DNA of 64,000 nt from positions 23,032,327 through 23,096,326 of the forward strand of contig JARFYF010000036.1 in assembly GCA_030265395.1 (NCBI GenBank). Direction: 5' to 3'. Position numbers and translations under genes: made by a program. The notes below the pieces were generated by a model, which had not been told where the DNA came from, did no database searches, and saw only the letters and a program-made list of their open reading frames with translations. The stretch's first letter is position 1. Each line of letters begins with the position of its first letter. Shown here piece by piece: positions 38,901 to 46,900 of this stretch. This stretch comes from Rhina ancylostomus. Its lineage: Eukaryota.

Positions 38901-41900
38901 TTTGGAATCCCAGTGTTAACCATTCAGAATGCCCTTTTACAGATGAGCATTGATAATATTTTGTAAGATCTGTCAGTATTTTGTCATATATATGAGTAAG
39001 TTTGTCTTGTAGTATCTGCAGGATAATCTGATGCTTGCAGAGATTCCAACTCATTGATGTACTATTGTTCAAGTTGCAGTTTTTAATTAAGTGGGTAATC
39101 TTTCAATAAATTAGATACAAAATAGTGATTTAAAAAGAACATAAATAGTCTCTTAATGGAGACTCAGAAACCTGCACATGATGGAAATGTGAAATAAAGT
39201 TGAAAATGCTGAAGTAGCTTCTGTGGAGACAAAAACAGTTAACATTTTAGATTGATGATCTTTCGTCCTTTTCATTTTTTTTTTGCATCTTTGCCCGTTT
39301 TCCCTATTTCTTTCACATGGTGGACTCAGCTATAGCTGAGTATTGTAGATGGACGTCCTTAAATGCTTCTGTGGAGTCTACCAGTGTCACTATCTAAACA
39401 TCCAGTAGGTGGCACGAACGTCCAAAGAAATAGAATTTTTATCACTTCTGTTTGCTTATAAATAATGAGCATTATGTTCCATTTTGTAAGCAAGTTGTTT
39501 TTAATTGAAGCACTATTAAGTTACACCACAACAGTCCTACTGAGCAGATATTGTGTAGTTCATGTGAAGTACCATGTATATGTTCATTCTGAAATTTTAG
39601 GGTTTCTGCAGATTTTAGCCTTTAATGGAGTAGCTCTAAAAAGGCTTGTGAGGATATTTGTGTGGAGCTCACTCTCGAGGGAGAATTACAATTGAGAATA
39701 GACAATAAATATCATTTGGAACTGATACAACAGTAAATGCACCATTAGAAATAATTTTGCTGGTATCTTTCTTTGGGATTCTCTTGTTCTGATGCTGTAA
39801 CTTCCACAACATGGATAAATGGGGTGTCTGAAAATAACTATTGTACTTTTTGCCAATATTCAAATGTTGAGGGGCCTTTCTATGATGTAGGGTGTGCAGC
39901 AAATCAAGAAGCATACAGGCAATACGAGTTTATTAATAATTTTTTATGAGTTGGTATCTTTTAAGTACTCTGTCCATCACTACAGAATTTTAAAATGGCA
40001 TATTTGACCCGAGAATTCTTACTGGTATTTTTCTCCACAGGAGCCTTGGTTTAATATTACCCTTCAGCTTTTATTTCACACTTCCGAAACCCCTCTATAT
40101 TTCATTTCAAAGAACTTTTAAAACAAACTCTAATGAAACAGAATGTATGCATAGATTATGTTTCAACAGAGTTTATTTTAAAATTGCACATTCAATTTAA
40201 ACTCTACATGAAGATCTTTTTAAGATGTGACTCTTCCACTAGCCGCATGAAGACATTAAGCATGTTGTGAAATTCAACTCTCCCCAATACTTGTTGATAA
40301 ATTTCTGAAGCCAACATTTGTGGCTTGGCACTGAAATCCATCTCACTCAGTACTGCTGAGTTCAGGCTTCTCATTATTAGATTAGATTAGATGTCTTTAT
40401 TGGTCACATGTACATCGAAACACACAGTGAAATGCATCTTTTGTGTAGAGTGTTCTGGGGGCAGCCCACANNNNNNNNNNNNNNNNNNNNNNNNNNNNNN
40501 NNNNNNNNNNNNNNNNNNNNACGTCTTTGGAATATGGGAGGAAACCGGAGCACCCAAAGGAAACCCACCCAGATATGGGGAGAACATACAAACTCCTTTC
40601 AGACAACAGCTGGAATTGAACCCAGGTCGCTGGCGCTGTAATAGCGTTGTGCTAACCACTACACTACCGTGCCTGCCCCTTTTGCATCTTTGTCAAATAT
40701 TTTGGGATGTTTACTGCATAAATACTATTCATATGAACAGCTTATTGTTGATACGATTTAAGAAAATGCACCATAAATTTCCTTGATCTTTTGTATTTGT
40801 ATCGCAGTAGAAGAAATTTTCTAACCCTGCTTCCAATGATGACTCTTGCCTACAAAAAGCTTATTGAAAACTTGAATGCACAATCTTTGCTACAATGCAA
40901 AGTCGAATGATTGACTTGTAAATGCAGACCTCAGGTGAAGTCTTGCGGTATTTCTTCAATTTTCATGTTCTGAGATTTAATAAGTGTTTTTATATGACAG
41001 GGTGAGCATCTAGTTGGGAAGTACAGATGCTTGATTTGTCAGAAGGAGTTCAGTTCAGAAAGTGGAGTTAAGTACCACATCAACAACTCTCATTCTGAGG
41101 TAAGCTAACATCATTTCGTAAAGAGTCTCATAACAAAAGAATTAGCAAGAATAGTTTCTTTCAGTATTAATGTACCAATTGTCCCTACTTCTGTTTTATC
41201 TATTTCAATACATTTAAATCTCTATCACAGGAAAATGGGTTTGAATTTAAGGACTACATTTATGACTGAGGATGAAAACTACTGGAAACTTGCTGTCAAA
41301 CCACAACATATTATGTTTTCTTGGTATACTATCAAACCACCCACCATGCATGAGATAAAAGGTTAAAATATACTGCCCTTTAGTGCAAATTAACCAGATC
41401 AACCTAATTTTGTTTGATACAGCTTTTCTGAGAATTTGAAAGTACTTTAAAAGCTGTCTCAGAGTAGTACATGCACAATACCTAAAGATAAATGTCAAAA
41501 CTAACTATGACAAGGTGTATTTTATAATCCAATATAAGTAAAACTGACAGCATATCAGTTATTATGCCATTATTGTAGGCTAGGAATAACACTATATTCA
41601 TTTTCTACTTATGGTTAAGTAGATTGAAAAGGGAATATTACTTCAATATTTCTCATACATTAATTTTCAAATTGGCATACTTTTTGAATTTGGTAGTTAT
41701 AGTTTGCTTAACTCTGCATTTACAGGAAAATATCTTGTGTTAAACTAGATTAAAATAGTTTAGTTTATTTACAATTATACCTTGAAACATGAACACATGT
41801 GACCCCTTAGTGCTGAGGTATTATCGAGAATCATGCATTTATGAAGGGCTGCTAAACAGAAGGCAAATCCTGCCCTTCAGTGGGAAGGGAAAATTGGTGA

Positions 41901-42472
41901 GAAAGTTGTTCTTAGGCAAATCTCACAGGTTTTGGCAAGGTCAGAGTAGTGTTGGTAAATAAAGGAAATTATTTGCTCACTGTGTGACTTAGGATCTTGG
42001 AAAGCAAAAGACTTTCACAAATTTGCATTGAGAAAGAAGGTAAACATGTAGCAAAAATGCACACCCTGCACTAATATTTCATGTTTTATCCTGAAAATAG
42101 TTGGAGTGACAATTATGCTATGCAGTTTTCCCAAACTTCAAAACGCAATCAACACTTAAAGATTAAAATATCCTTTGACAGAACTGGTTTACAGCATCAG
42201 CAGAAACACCACAAAGAAGCAGAAGAGAACGGAAGGTTACAAATTCAGAGCAGAAGCAAAACACGAGTGGGAAAAAGAGAGGAAGAAAGCCCAAGGAAAA
42301 AGCTTCAGAGCTTTCAAGAAAGGACAAAGAGATGGCAGGAACAAAGATTACAGATCAAATAACCACCCAGTGTTCTCCAGGTTTGAAGAACAATAGCAAA
42401 GTGAAAAGGAAGAATATATTATCAAGCAGCAAAAAAGGAACCATGAACAAGATGCAAGGAGTTGCAAAATGA
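5868..42472 (+). CDS. ZNF512B: Zinc finger protein 512B-like gene, spliced CDS, 5'-partial: join(5868-5941,12992-13161,14444-14651,19745-19816,20485-20613,22866-22990,31531-31623,32200-32298,32627-32794,34097-34291,35616-35717,38428-38490,41001-41099,42182-42472)
   Basis: Manual exon chaining with AG/GT boundaries and compatible phases (apart from the gap in 14444-14651). Translation contains [92 protein letters not shown] and [12 protein letters not shown], closely matching recalled human ZNF512B. Orthology versus paralog ZNF512 not proven. Confidence 0.9.
8680..8882 (+). mobile_element. CR1-like LINE 3' end
   Basis: tggaattctctatcccagagggttgtg...gaatggcagagccggctc...cttcctgctacttatgttctt, same tail type as 53020-53237. 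Confidence 0.75.
9690..9830. mobile_element. Degenerate inverted Penelope-type terminal repeat
   Basis: gcatctgtg...gagttaatgtttcaggtc, hairpin tgagaccctttg/cgaagggggtctca, ttcagattttc end. Confidence 0.5.
11498..11632 (+). mobile_element. Penelope-type terminal repeat containing a hammerhead-ribozyme-like core
   Basis: agtc-CTGATGA-aggatcttgccct-GAAAC-att-gact followed by tgctgcctgacctgctgagttcctccagc. Confidence 0.7.
12992..13161 (+). CDS. ZNF512B: ZNF512B-like exon with C2H2 finger: [32 protein letters not shown]...GRGRGRK
   Basis: ttttattgtag acceptor, gtatgt donor, 170 nt; matches recalled ZNF512B CPFCEAAFTSKTQLEKHRIWNH. Confidence 0.88.
14122..14150 (+). repeat. (TCAC)n microsatellite within a pyrimidine-rich tract
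   Basis: tcactcactcactcactcactcactcac seen directly. Confidence 0.9.
14444..14651 (+). CDS. ZNF512B: ZNF512B-like linker exon: [28 protein letters not shown]...ISFPE[gap]KH
   Basis: tacttttcag acceptor, gtaagc donor; ends PE...KH as in ZNF512B PEEDPERTKH; 10-N gap at 14635-14644 inside the exon. Confidence 0.82.
16260..16670 (-). mobile_element. Deu-domain SINE (SacSINE1/AmnSINE-like), degenerate
   Basis: tttgaagtgcaatcattcttgtgatgtagg...ggccaagttgtgcacagtaagaccccaca is the reverse complement of the recalled DeuSINE 3' region. Confidence 0.55.
16975..18340 (-). mobile_element. CR1-clade LINE 3' portion (RT through tail)
   Basis: [63 protein letters not shown] in ORFs 17650-18297. Confidence 0.92.
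18390..18645 (-). mobile_element. CR1-like LINE 3' end
   Basis: caggagcagaag...cattcagtatgatcatggctgatctg...ctctgggatagagtattccagagattcac. Confidence 0.7.
19745..19816 (+). CDS. ZNF512B: ZNF512B-like exon: [24 protein letters not shown]
   Basis: 72 nt, ctag/gtaaac boundaries; peptide identical to recalled human ZNF512B segment. Confidence 0.95.
20196..20415 (+). repeat. Copy 1 of a diverged ~215 bp direct duplication
   Basis: Shares caaccttgattaga, tgaaataaattattta, aagtttcatatcag, aaatacattctaaac, cagagggactaattaaata with 21696-21914. Confidence 0.9.
20485..20613 (+). CDS. ZNF512B: ZNF512B-like exon: [43 protein letters not shown]
   Basis: 129 nt open in phase 1/1, aaag acceptor, gtaaga donor. 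Confidence 0.85.
21020..21175 (-). mobile_element. LINE 3' tail fragment
   Basis: tgggatgtgcatatc...tgcctttgagaagcaggtgg...tgaaggtgctccc; reverse-complement similar to 43830-43935. Confidence 0.55.
21696..21914 (+). repeat. Copy 2 of a diverged ~215 bp direct duplication
   Basis: Colinear with 20196-20415. Confidence 0.9.
22866..22990 (+). CDS. ZNF512B: ZNF512B-like exon, atypical C2HC finger: [42 protein letters not shown]
   Basis: 125 nt, aatag/gtatgt boundaries; CPxC...GLKKH...C motif. Confidence 0.93.
23385..23742 (+). mobile_element. Rex1/Babar-like LINE 3' end with (TTTGAC)n tail
   Basis: Translates to LPLGSRY...[19 protein letters not shown]; ends acaataaacttgactttgactttgac. Confidence 0.75.
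23755..24290 (-). mobile_element. CR1-like LINE 3' end
   Basis: [26 protein letters not shown] in ORF 24013-24237. Confidence 0.85.
25812..26155 (+). mobile_element. Rex1/Babar-like LINE 3' end
   Basis: [33 protein letters not shown] then UTR ending aataacaaaccaataccaat. Confidence 0.85.
26555..26970 (-). mobile_element. Decayed CR1-like LINE 3' fragment
   Basis: caacctctcagtatctaccctatcaagtccctcagaatcttata pattern shared with 57220-57265. Confidence 0.65.
27689..28760 (+). mobile_element. PIF/Harbinger transposon remnant: decayed Myb/SANT-like ORF
   Basis: Frame-hopping translation [54 protein letters not shown] (27689-27904), then [15 protein letters not shown] (28121-28165) and an acidic stretch near 28430-28490. 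Confidence 0.6.
28860..28925 (+). mobile_element. Very short CR1-type 3' tail
   Basis: cagcatggaccagttgggccgaagggcctgtttccatgctgtataactct, as in 29489-29540 and 31963-32003. Confidence 0.75.
29170..29660 (-). mobile_element. CR1-like 3' end interrupted by a younger opposite-strand CR1 tail (29324-29543, +)
   Basis: Inner copy encodes [19 protein letters not shown]; outer copy encodes [22 protein letters not shown] on the minus strand. Confidence 0.75.
30548..30864 (+). mobile_element. tRNA-derived V-SINE (HE1-like)
   Basis: Head gcacggtagtatagcagttagc...gacccgggtttgattccc and V-domain gtgggtttcctccgggtactccagtttcctcccacattccaaagac; central gap. Confidence 0.85.
31531..31623 (+). CDS. ZNF512B: ZNF512B-like exon, C2H2 finger: [31 protein letters not shown]
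   Basis: 93 nt, ttgcag/gtaagt boundaries. Confidence 0.95.
31700..32005 (+). mobile_element. CR1-like LINE 3' end
   Basis: [38 protein letters not shown]. Confidence 0.9.
32200..32298 (+). CDS. ZNF512B: ZNF512B-like exon: [33 protein letters not shown]
   Basis: 99 nt, ttttacag/gttaaa boundaries; lies in ORF 32005-32322. Confidence 0.93.
32627..32794 (+). CDS. ZNF512B: ZNF512B-like exon: [56 protein letters not shown]
   Basis: 168 nt, ttcctag/gtaaga boundaries; completes a C2HC finger and carries a C2H2 finger. Confidence 0.95.
33060..33400 (-). mobile_element. Degenerate Deu-domain SINE
   Basis: aatgtagg...gccaatatgtgca and ggtcttggtttaacatctca...agtgcagcactccct. Confidence 0.5.
34097..34291 (+). 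CDS. ZNF512B: ZNF512B-like exon: [65 protein letters not shown]
   Basis: 195 nt, gttcag/gtaaga boundaries; strong match to ZNF512[27 protein letters not shown]; acceptor position less certain. Confidence 0.9.
35616..35717 (+). CDS. ZNF512B: ZNF512B-like exon: [34 protein letters not shown]
   Basis: 102 nt, ttgcag/gtgagc boundaries. Confidence 0.94.
36010..36197 (-). mobile_element. V-SINE with CR1-type tail
   Basis: tggagcacccagaggaaacccacgcagacacgg...caaactccttaca...cgctggcgctgtaatagcg is the reverse complement of the 30548 head/V-domain. Confidence 0.8.
37940..38235 (+). mobile_element. Degenerate SINE
   Basis: aatcaaaccatggtagctgaggaatttaa...gatgcctttcagggaaggaaatttgc...caattagggcaat. 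Confidence 0.5.
38428..38490 (+). CDS. ZNF512B: ZNF512B-like exon: [21 protein letters not shown]
   Basis: 63 nt, tttgtttcag/gtcagt boundaries. Confidence 0.94.
39160..39270 (-). mobile_element. Degenerate Penelope-type terminal repeat fragment
   Basis: ctgcacatgatggaaatgtgaaataaa...aaaatgctg...ctgtggagacaaaaacagttaacatttt. Confidence 0.45.
40376..40679 (-). mobile_element. V-SINE, same subfamily as 30548-30864, (ATTAG)n tail
   Basis: gtctttggaatatgggaggaaaccggagcacc...gtcgctggcgctgtaatagcgttgtgctaaccactacactaccgtgcc. Confidence 0.85.
41001..41099 (+). CDS. ZNF512B: ZNF512B-like exon, C2H2 finger: [33 protein letters not shown]
   Basis: 99 nt, gacag/gtaagc boundaries. Confidence 0.95.
42182..42472 (+). 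CDS. ZNF512B: ZNF512B-like last coding exon: [10 protein letters not shown]...[12 protein letters not shown]...MQGVAK*
   Basis: tcctttgacag acceptor, 97 codons ending TGA at 42470-42472; NWF and [10 protein letters not shown] match recalled ZNF512B. Confidence 0.92.
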   Translation, partial: NWFTASAETPQRSRRERKVTNSEQKQNTSGKKRGRKPKEKASELSRKDKEMAGTKITDQITTQCSPGLKNNSKVKRKNILSSSKKGTMNKMQGVAK

Positions 42473-42805
42473 ATGTCAATATAAAGATACAGCTTCTCTG
42501 CTCTGGGGAAACATTCATCGGCCTCCAAGTACCATAAATGAAGAATGATAAATTAATATAAGATAGCACTACCTACCAGTAGCTCTATTACTTACCTGCA
42601 TTTGGGTCCAGAGAAAGAATCAGTGTCTGTGCAGATAAAAGCCACTCCTTGCATCTGAGTTAAAAATGAATGCAAACAAGATACAATCGTTTAGCACAAA
42701 AGATTATATGGCTATTTAATACGCTTTGTTACTATATACTGCTCTATGACTTAATAGTTTATGATTTTTTATAAAGTAGACTCTATTATGGGGTAAAAGG
42801 TGTTA

Positions 42806-42811
42806 AATAAA
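42806..42811 (+). terminator. Candidate proximal polyadenylation signal AATAAA
   Basis: AATAAA about 330 nt after the stop codon, followed by T/GT-rich sequence; hexamer is common in AT-rich DNA. Confidence 0.3.
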
Positions 42812-43829
42812 AAGATTTGTTACGCTTTTTAACTACATTAAAAATGTTGGTTTATAGGTAGTATTGGATTGCACATTGATCAAATTGGTTATTTATTTAT
42901 ATTGGTCAAATTCTTTTATTATTTAAAAACAAATTTAATAATTAAACTGCAATCCAGGTCTATTAGTTTATATTTATAATTATTTATCAATATAAACTAA
43001 TGTTTTTATATATAACTATAGAACCTAGGCTGTGTATATATTTCCAAAATAACTATTATAAATGACATAGTATACATATATATAAAGTAAAACGCAGGGC
43101 TGAAGGTGGTAGGGGTAATTTTATATGCAGGTGCATGATTTTCATACCAATAATTGTGGGTAGCTTCCTTGATGGCAACATGAACTCATAAAATTACTCC
43201 TTGAATATGGTGAACAGGGGCTCTCCTTATTTCTTCAATGCATTGAAATAATTGCAGAATGACTTGGTTCATAGATTTAATATTTTCTCATAATTCACTG
43301 CTCAGTTTCAGGGTCTGGTAATTCAGGAATGATACGTGAGTACTTCCAAGAGTCCAGCATTTAGTGGCTCCTCAGCATTTGGACAGGCACATCTCTATGT
43401 TGGGTTAATATTGAAAATACATCATGTGATATTTTCTATTATTAACCTCGGTGCATTATAAAACAGGCAAGTTAGCAATTCAGTGCCGGAGATTTAAAAA
43501 AAACAAGGAGGGGTAATCTTCTTTACAGCTATTCATTGAAACACATGCTATCTGCAGTAATTTTCCTCCTGCCACCTTCATCCCAGTGCATGTAATCAGT
43601 AGAACTGCAGACTGGCCACCACAAACATCTAAATGAGCCTGAAGCAGGAACATCCACGATAGTCAAAGCACAGGAATGTGGACAGATGCAAAGGCTGCAA
43701 GTCAGAAAACCAAGATTGTGGTTTCTTTGGATTAAGTTTTGATACTACTGCTTGGTTCAGTGTCTCTTTAAGCAAGAATAAGGCACAAGAAGCAGAATCT
43801 CTCTGCTTAAGAATATAGTCAGAGAACCT

Positions 43830-43935
43830 TCACCAAACTAATTGCAGCAGTTCGAGAAGGCAGCTCATCATCACTTTCTTGAAGGCAATTAGGAGTTGGC
43901 AATAAATGCTGGGTATGCCAGTGATACCCACATCC
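43830..43935 (+). mobile_element. LINE 3' tail fragment
   Basis: gcagcagttcgagaaggcagctcatcatcac...ggcaattagg...ggcaataaatgctgg...cccacatcc. Confidence 0.6.
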
Positions 43936-46900
43936 TCTACCTTCATTTATTGTGAGGAACCTTGATATATGGCATCATGTACAATGGAGGCATATGTTAA
44001 TGTTGTGAAGCTGAAATAAATTCAAATATACAATATGAATGTATCTATTTAGATCAGAGGTTTTAAGTCACTGAGCCACATGGAAAGACTGAGCTCAGAC
44101 ACACAGGCTTTTGATGACCAAGTAACTCTGTACTATTGTGTTTACGTTTCTAAGTCACTGGTTTGTCCTGTTTGAGCGATGTATGCCTGGAGTTTTGTGA
44201 ACATTGCTGTCTCATTGTAGGATTATTTCCAAATCATTAAACTAAGATATGATAGTATTAGTAATTTGTGATACAGGCAAAATAATTGGATCATCAATTA
44301 CAATATCATGGCCTGGAATTTCCTCTGTGTTTGCACCTGAATGCAGAAATAATTATGGGGCTTTTAAGAAAGCAGGATGTTAGCTGAAAATGAATTTCCT
44401 GCATTCCTATCTATGCTGAGGATAAAAGATTCTTTCACATGTATCCGCTATATCCTTTCTTTGACCAAAATTCCAACCACATAACCCACCATACCTCCAT
44501 CTCTCAAATATAGGGTTCCTGAAAACTGCATTTTCTTGTGTTGTGGGTTGTTGGAAAGGGGTCTGCTTGGCAGACAATGAAAATCTGAACGTGGTGATCA
44601 ACATTTCAGATTCATCAGGCAACAAAGTAATTTTCTAAGTTTCTGATTACAATTTGCGTATTTTTTTAAAAAGTCATCCTCGCTGAGAACTGCTTCATAT
44701 TGAAAAATTTCCACAATTGCAATTTCTTACACATAGTTGATGGATGGTTAAGCAAGCATATTATTATATTTTAAGACTCAAAGACATGCCAATGTGGGTG
44801 TGCTATTTTCTCGGATTCCAAATGTTTATGCTGATCTATGCCCATTTATACACATTGTCAGTTTAGGTACTTTCTAATTGGATTGTAAAAACACTTGATC
44901 TAACTCAACATCAGCAAAATGAGCTCAACTTGGATACATTTTCAGTTATAACTTCTGGATTGTGCTGAGGGAGGAAACTGCAGGCCTTAAGTGGCCCCAG
45001 TGTCCATGGTTGTCATTCAACAGCTCACAGACTAACAGATTGCATATTGCTGATGTAGGCGTTATATGGGTCATTACCAATGAGCCAGTCAGCAGCTGAG
45101 GAAGACACCCAACACGTAAAAGAACTACACACACTGAAATAGGAATAAGACAGTTGTTCAGTGTCTGTAGCTATATGTTACTGATTAGATTTAAGAAATT
45201 ACAAGAATTTTTTAAGAAATAATGCTAGATTGTAACTAATTTTATAAAACAGTACATTTGTTGCAGTTAAACTGCTTGAGAAAACACTCTGGATTTCCAA
45301 AACACTTGCTGCCCCTTGCATCCTCACTGGAATAACTTGTAAGAACCACCTAAAAATTCTAGAGTTCCATACAGGTGTGTTAAATGGGTGCAGCAGCAGG
45401 ATGGGAATGATTGTTTTGGAGCCTGTGCTCAGAATGGCTGGCAGCCAATTGGGGCTACGCTGTAGCAAGGGAGGATCTGAATGGTAGTTTGAATAGGGGG
45501 CGGGGGGAGGGGGACGGAGTAGCTTCATAGATTATTTGATAATGTGGAGAGGGGAAGGGACCAGCAGATTGGATGGTGGTGGTGACGGGATAGAAAGATG
45601 GAAATTGAACCAGCACTTTGTTGAGGGTAGGGTGGAAATCAGACTGACAGTTTAGATGGTGTTGAGTTGGTCTTGAGTTCAGGGAGCTGGAGGATCTAGC
45701 TTGAGACTTGCGTGATCACAAGGTCGGGGAGTAGCTGATGCTGGGGACAGGGTGAACCCAGGAGCTGAGAAATTGAGGGCTCTGGGTCCTGCAGTGCAGG
45801 TGGGGCTGGTGCATTGTTGAGGAGTGGGACAAGGAATGAGGTAAGTAAATCACTTACCTGACAGGTTGCCCAGGGAGTACCCACAGGTTCTTCCAGGATA
45901 ACATTGTCCAGGTTCCCTGTAATACTCCAGAAAGAGCACTGCCCAGGGAATGAATTCATCATAGTATCCGAGATGAGGAAATCATGTCAGGGATGCAAGG
46001 ATGACTGACACCTGGAAGTTCCCAGTCAGATTTCCAGAGTCACATGAAATGATCCTGAAATGGACGTTGCCATGCTTCACTCTGGGAGGAAAAGAAATTA
46101 TGTTTAGCTGCATAACACTGAAAAAGAAAGTGATATGCAATTGAGTTTCTAGGTCAATGCTTGTTCGAAGAAGATGATTTGTATTAACTGTTATTTTTTT
46201 GGATGTCTTTATGTTTTGTGAAATTCTCATATCTCTATGATTCAGTAATTGAATTGTACATGCTATTATGCAACTGATTTATTTTAGAAAAATTGCTTCA
46301 TATCAAGTAATTGACAGCAGCACCTCCAAGTAAACCTTGCAGCACTTATAACAATGTTGAATTAAGAACTTGTCCATATTGGAACCAGCTAGTGAAAAGG
46401 GGAAATTTAAAATGACATTGTTGTTTTATTTAAGGTGTGAAGCTGGAATACGAATGTATATATTAAGTTTGGGGTCATGCACATCCCAGTCCAAATGGGT
46501 ACATAGCAAATGCACTTTAAGGTACATTTTATGATTAGATTGATCACTAGATAGAAATGCACACTGTTGCCAAATAAATAGGTTTTCATCTATTATCTAC
46601 TGTAGTCTTCTAACATACTGAATAAAAAGCCAAGCATTATATTAAGTCTTTGTTTGTTCAAGATATTAACCTGCCTAACTGTGGCCTATGAGACTTTAGT
46701 GCAAAAAAATATTGAAATCTCACCTACAGGTTTCAACTAATGCACTTTCTATTCATTAAGGTAGAGTACTTTGATTTTAAAGTAAGATTGAATTAAGAAT
46801 GGGACACTAATGCAGTGTGCATTGGTATTCAGTAATTGAACAGCTCCCTGTAATGAACTCTCAAAAACAGCAGTGCCAAGGAATAACATGGGATCGAGAG

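Noticed and set aside
42081-42396. Two basic ORFs overlapping the last coding exon
   Set aside because: Alternative frames of a purine-rich exon; the frame homologous to ZNF512B is the third one (NWF...KKRGRKPKE).
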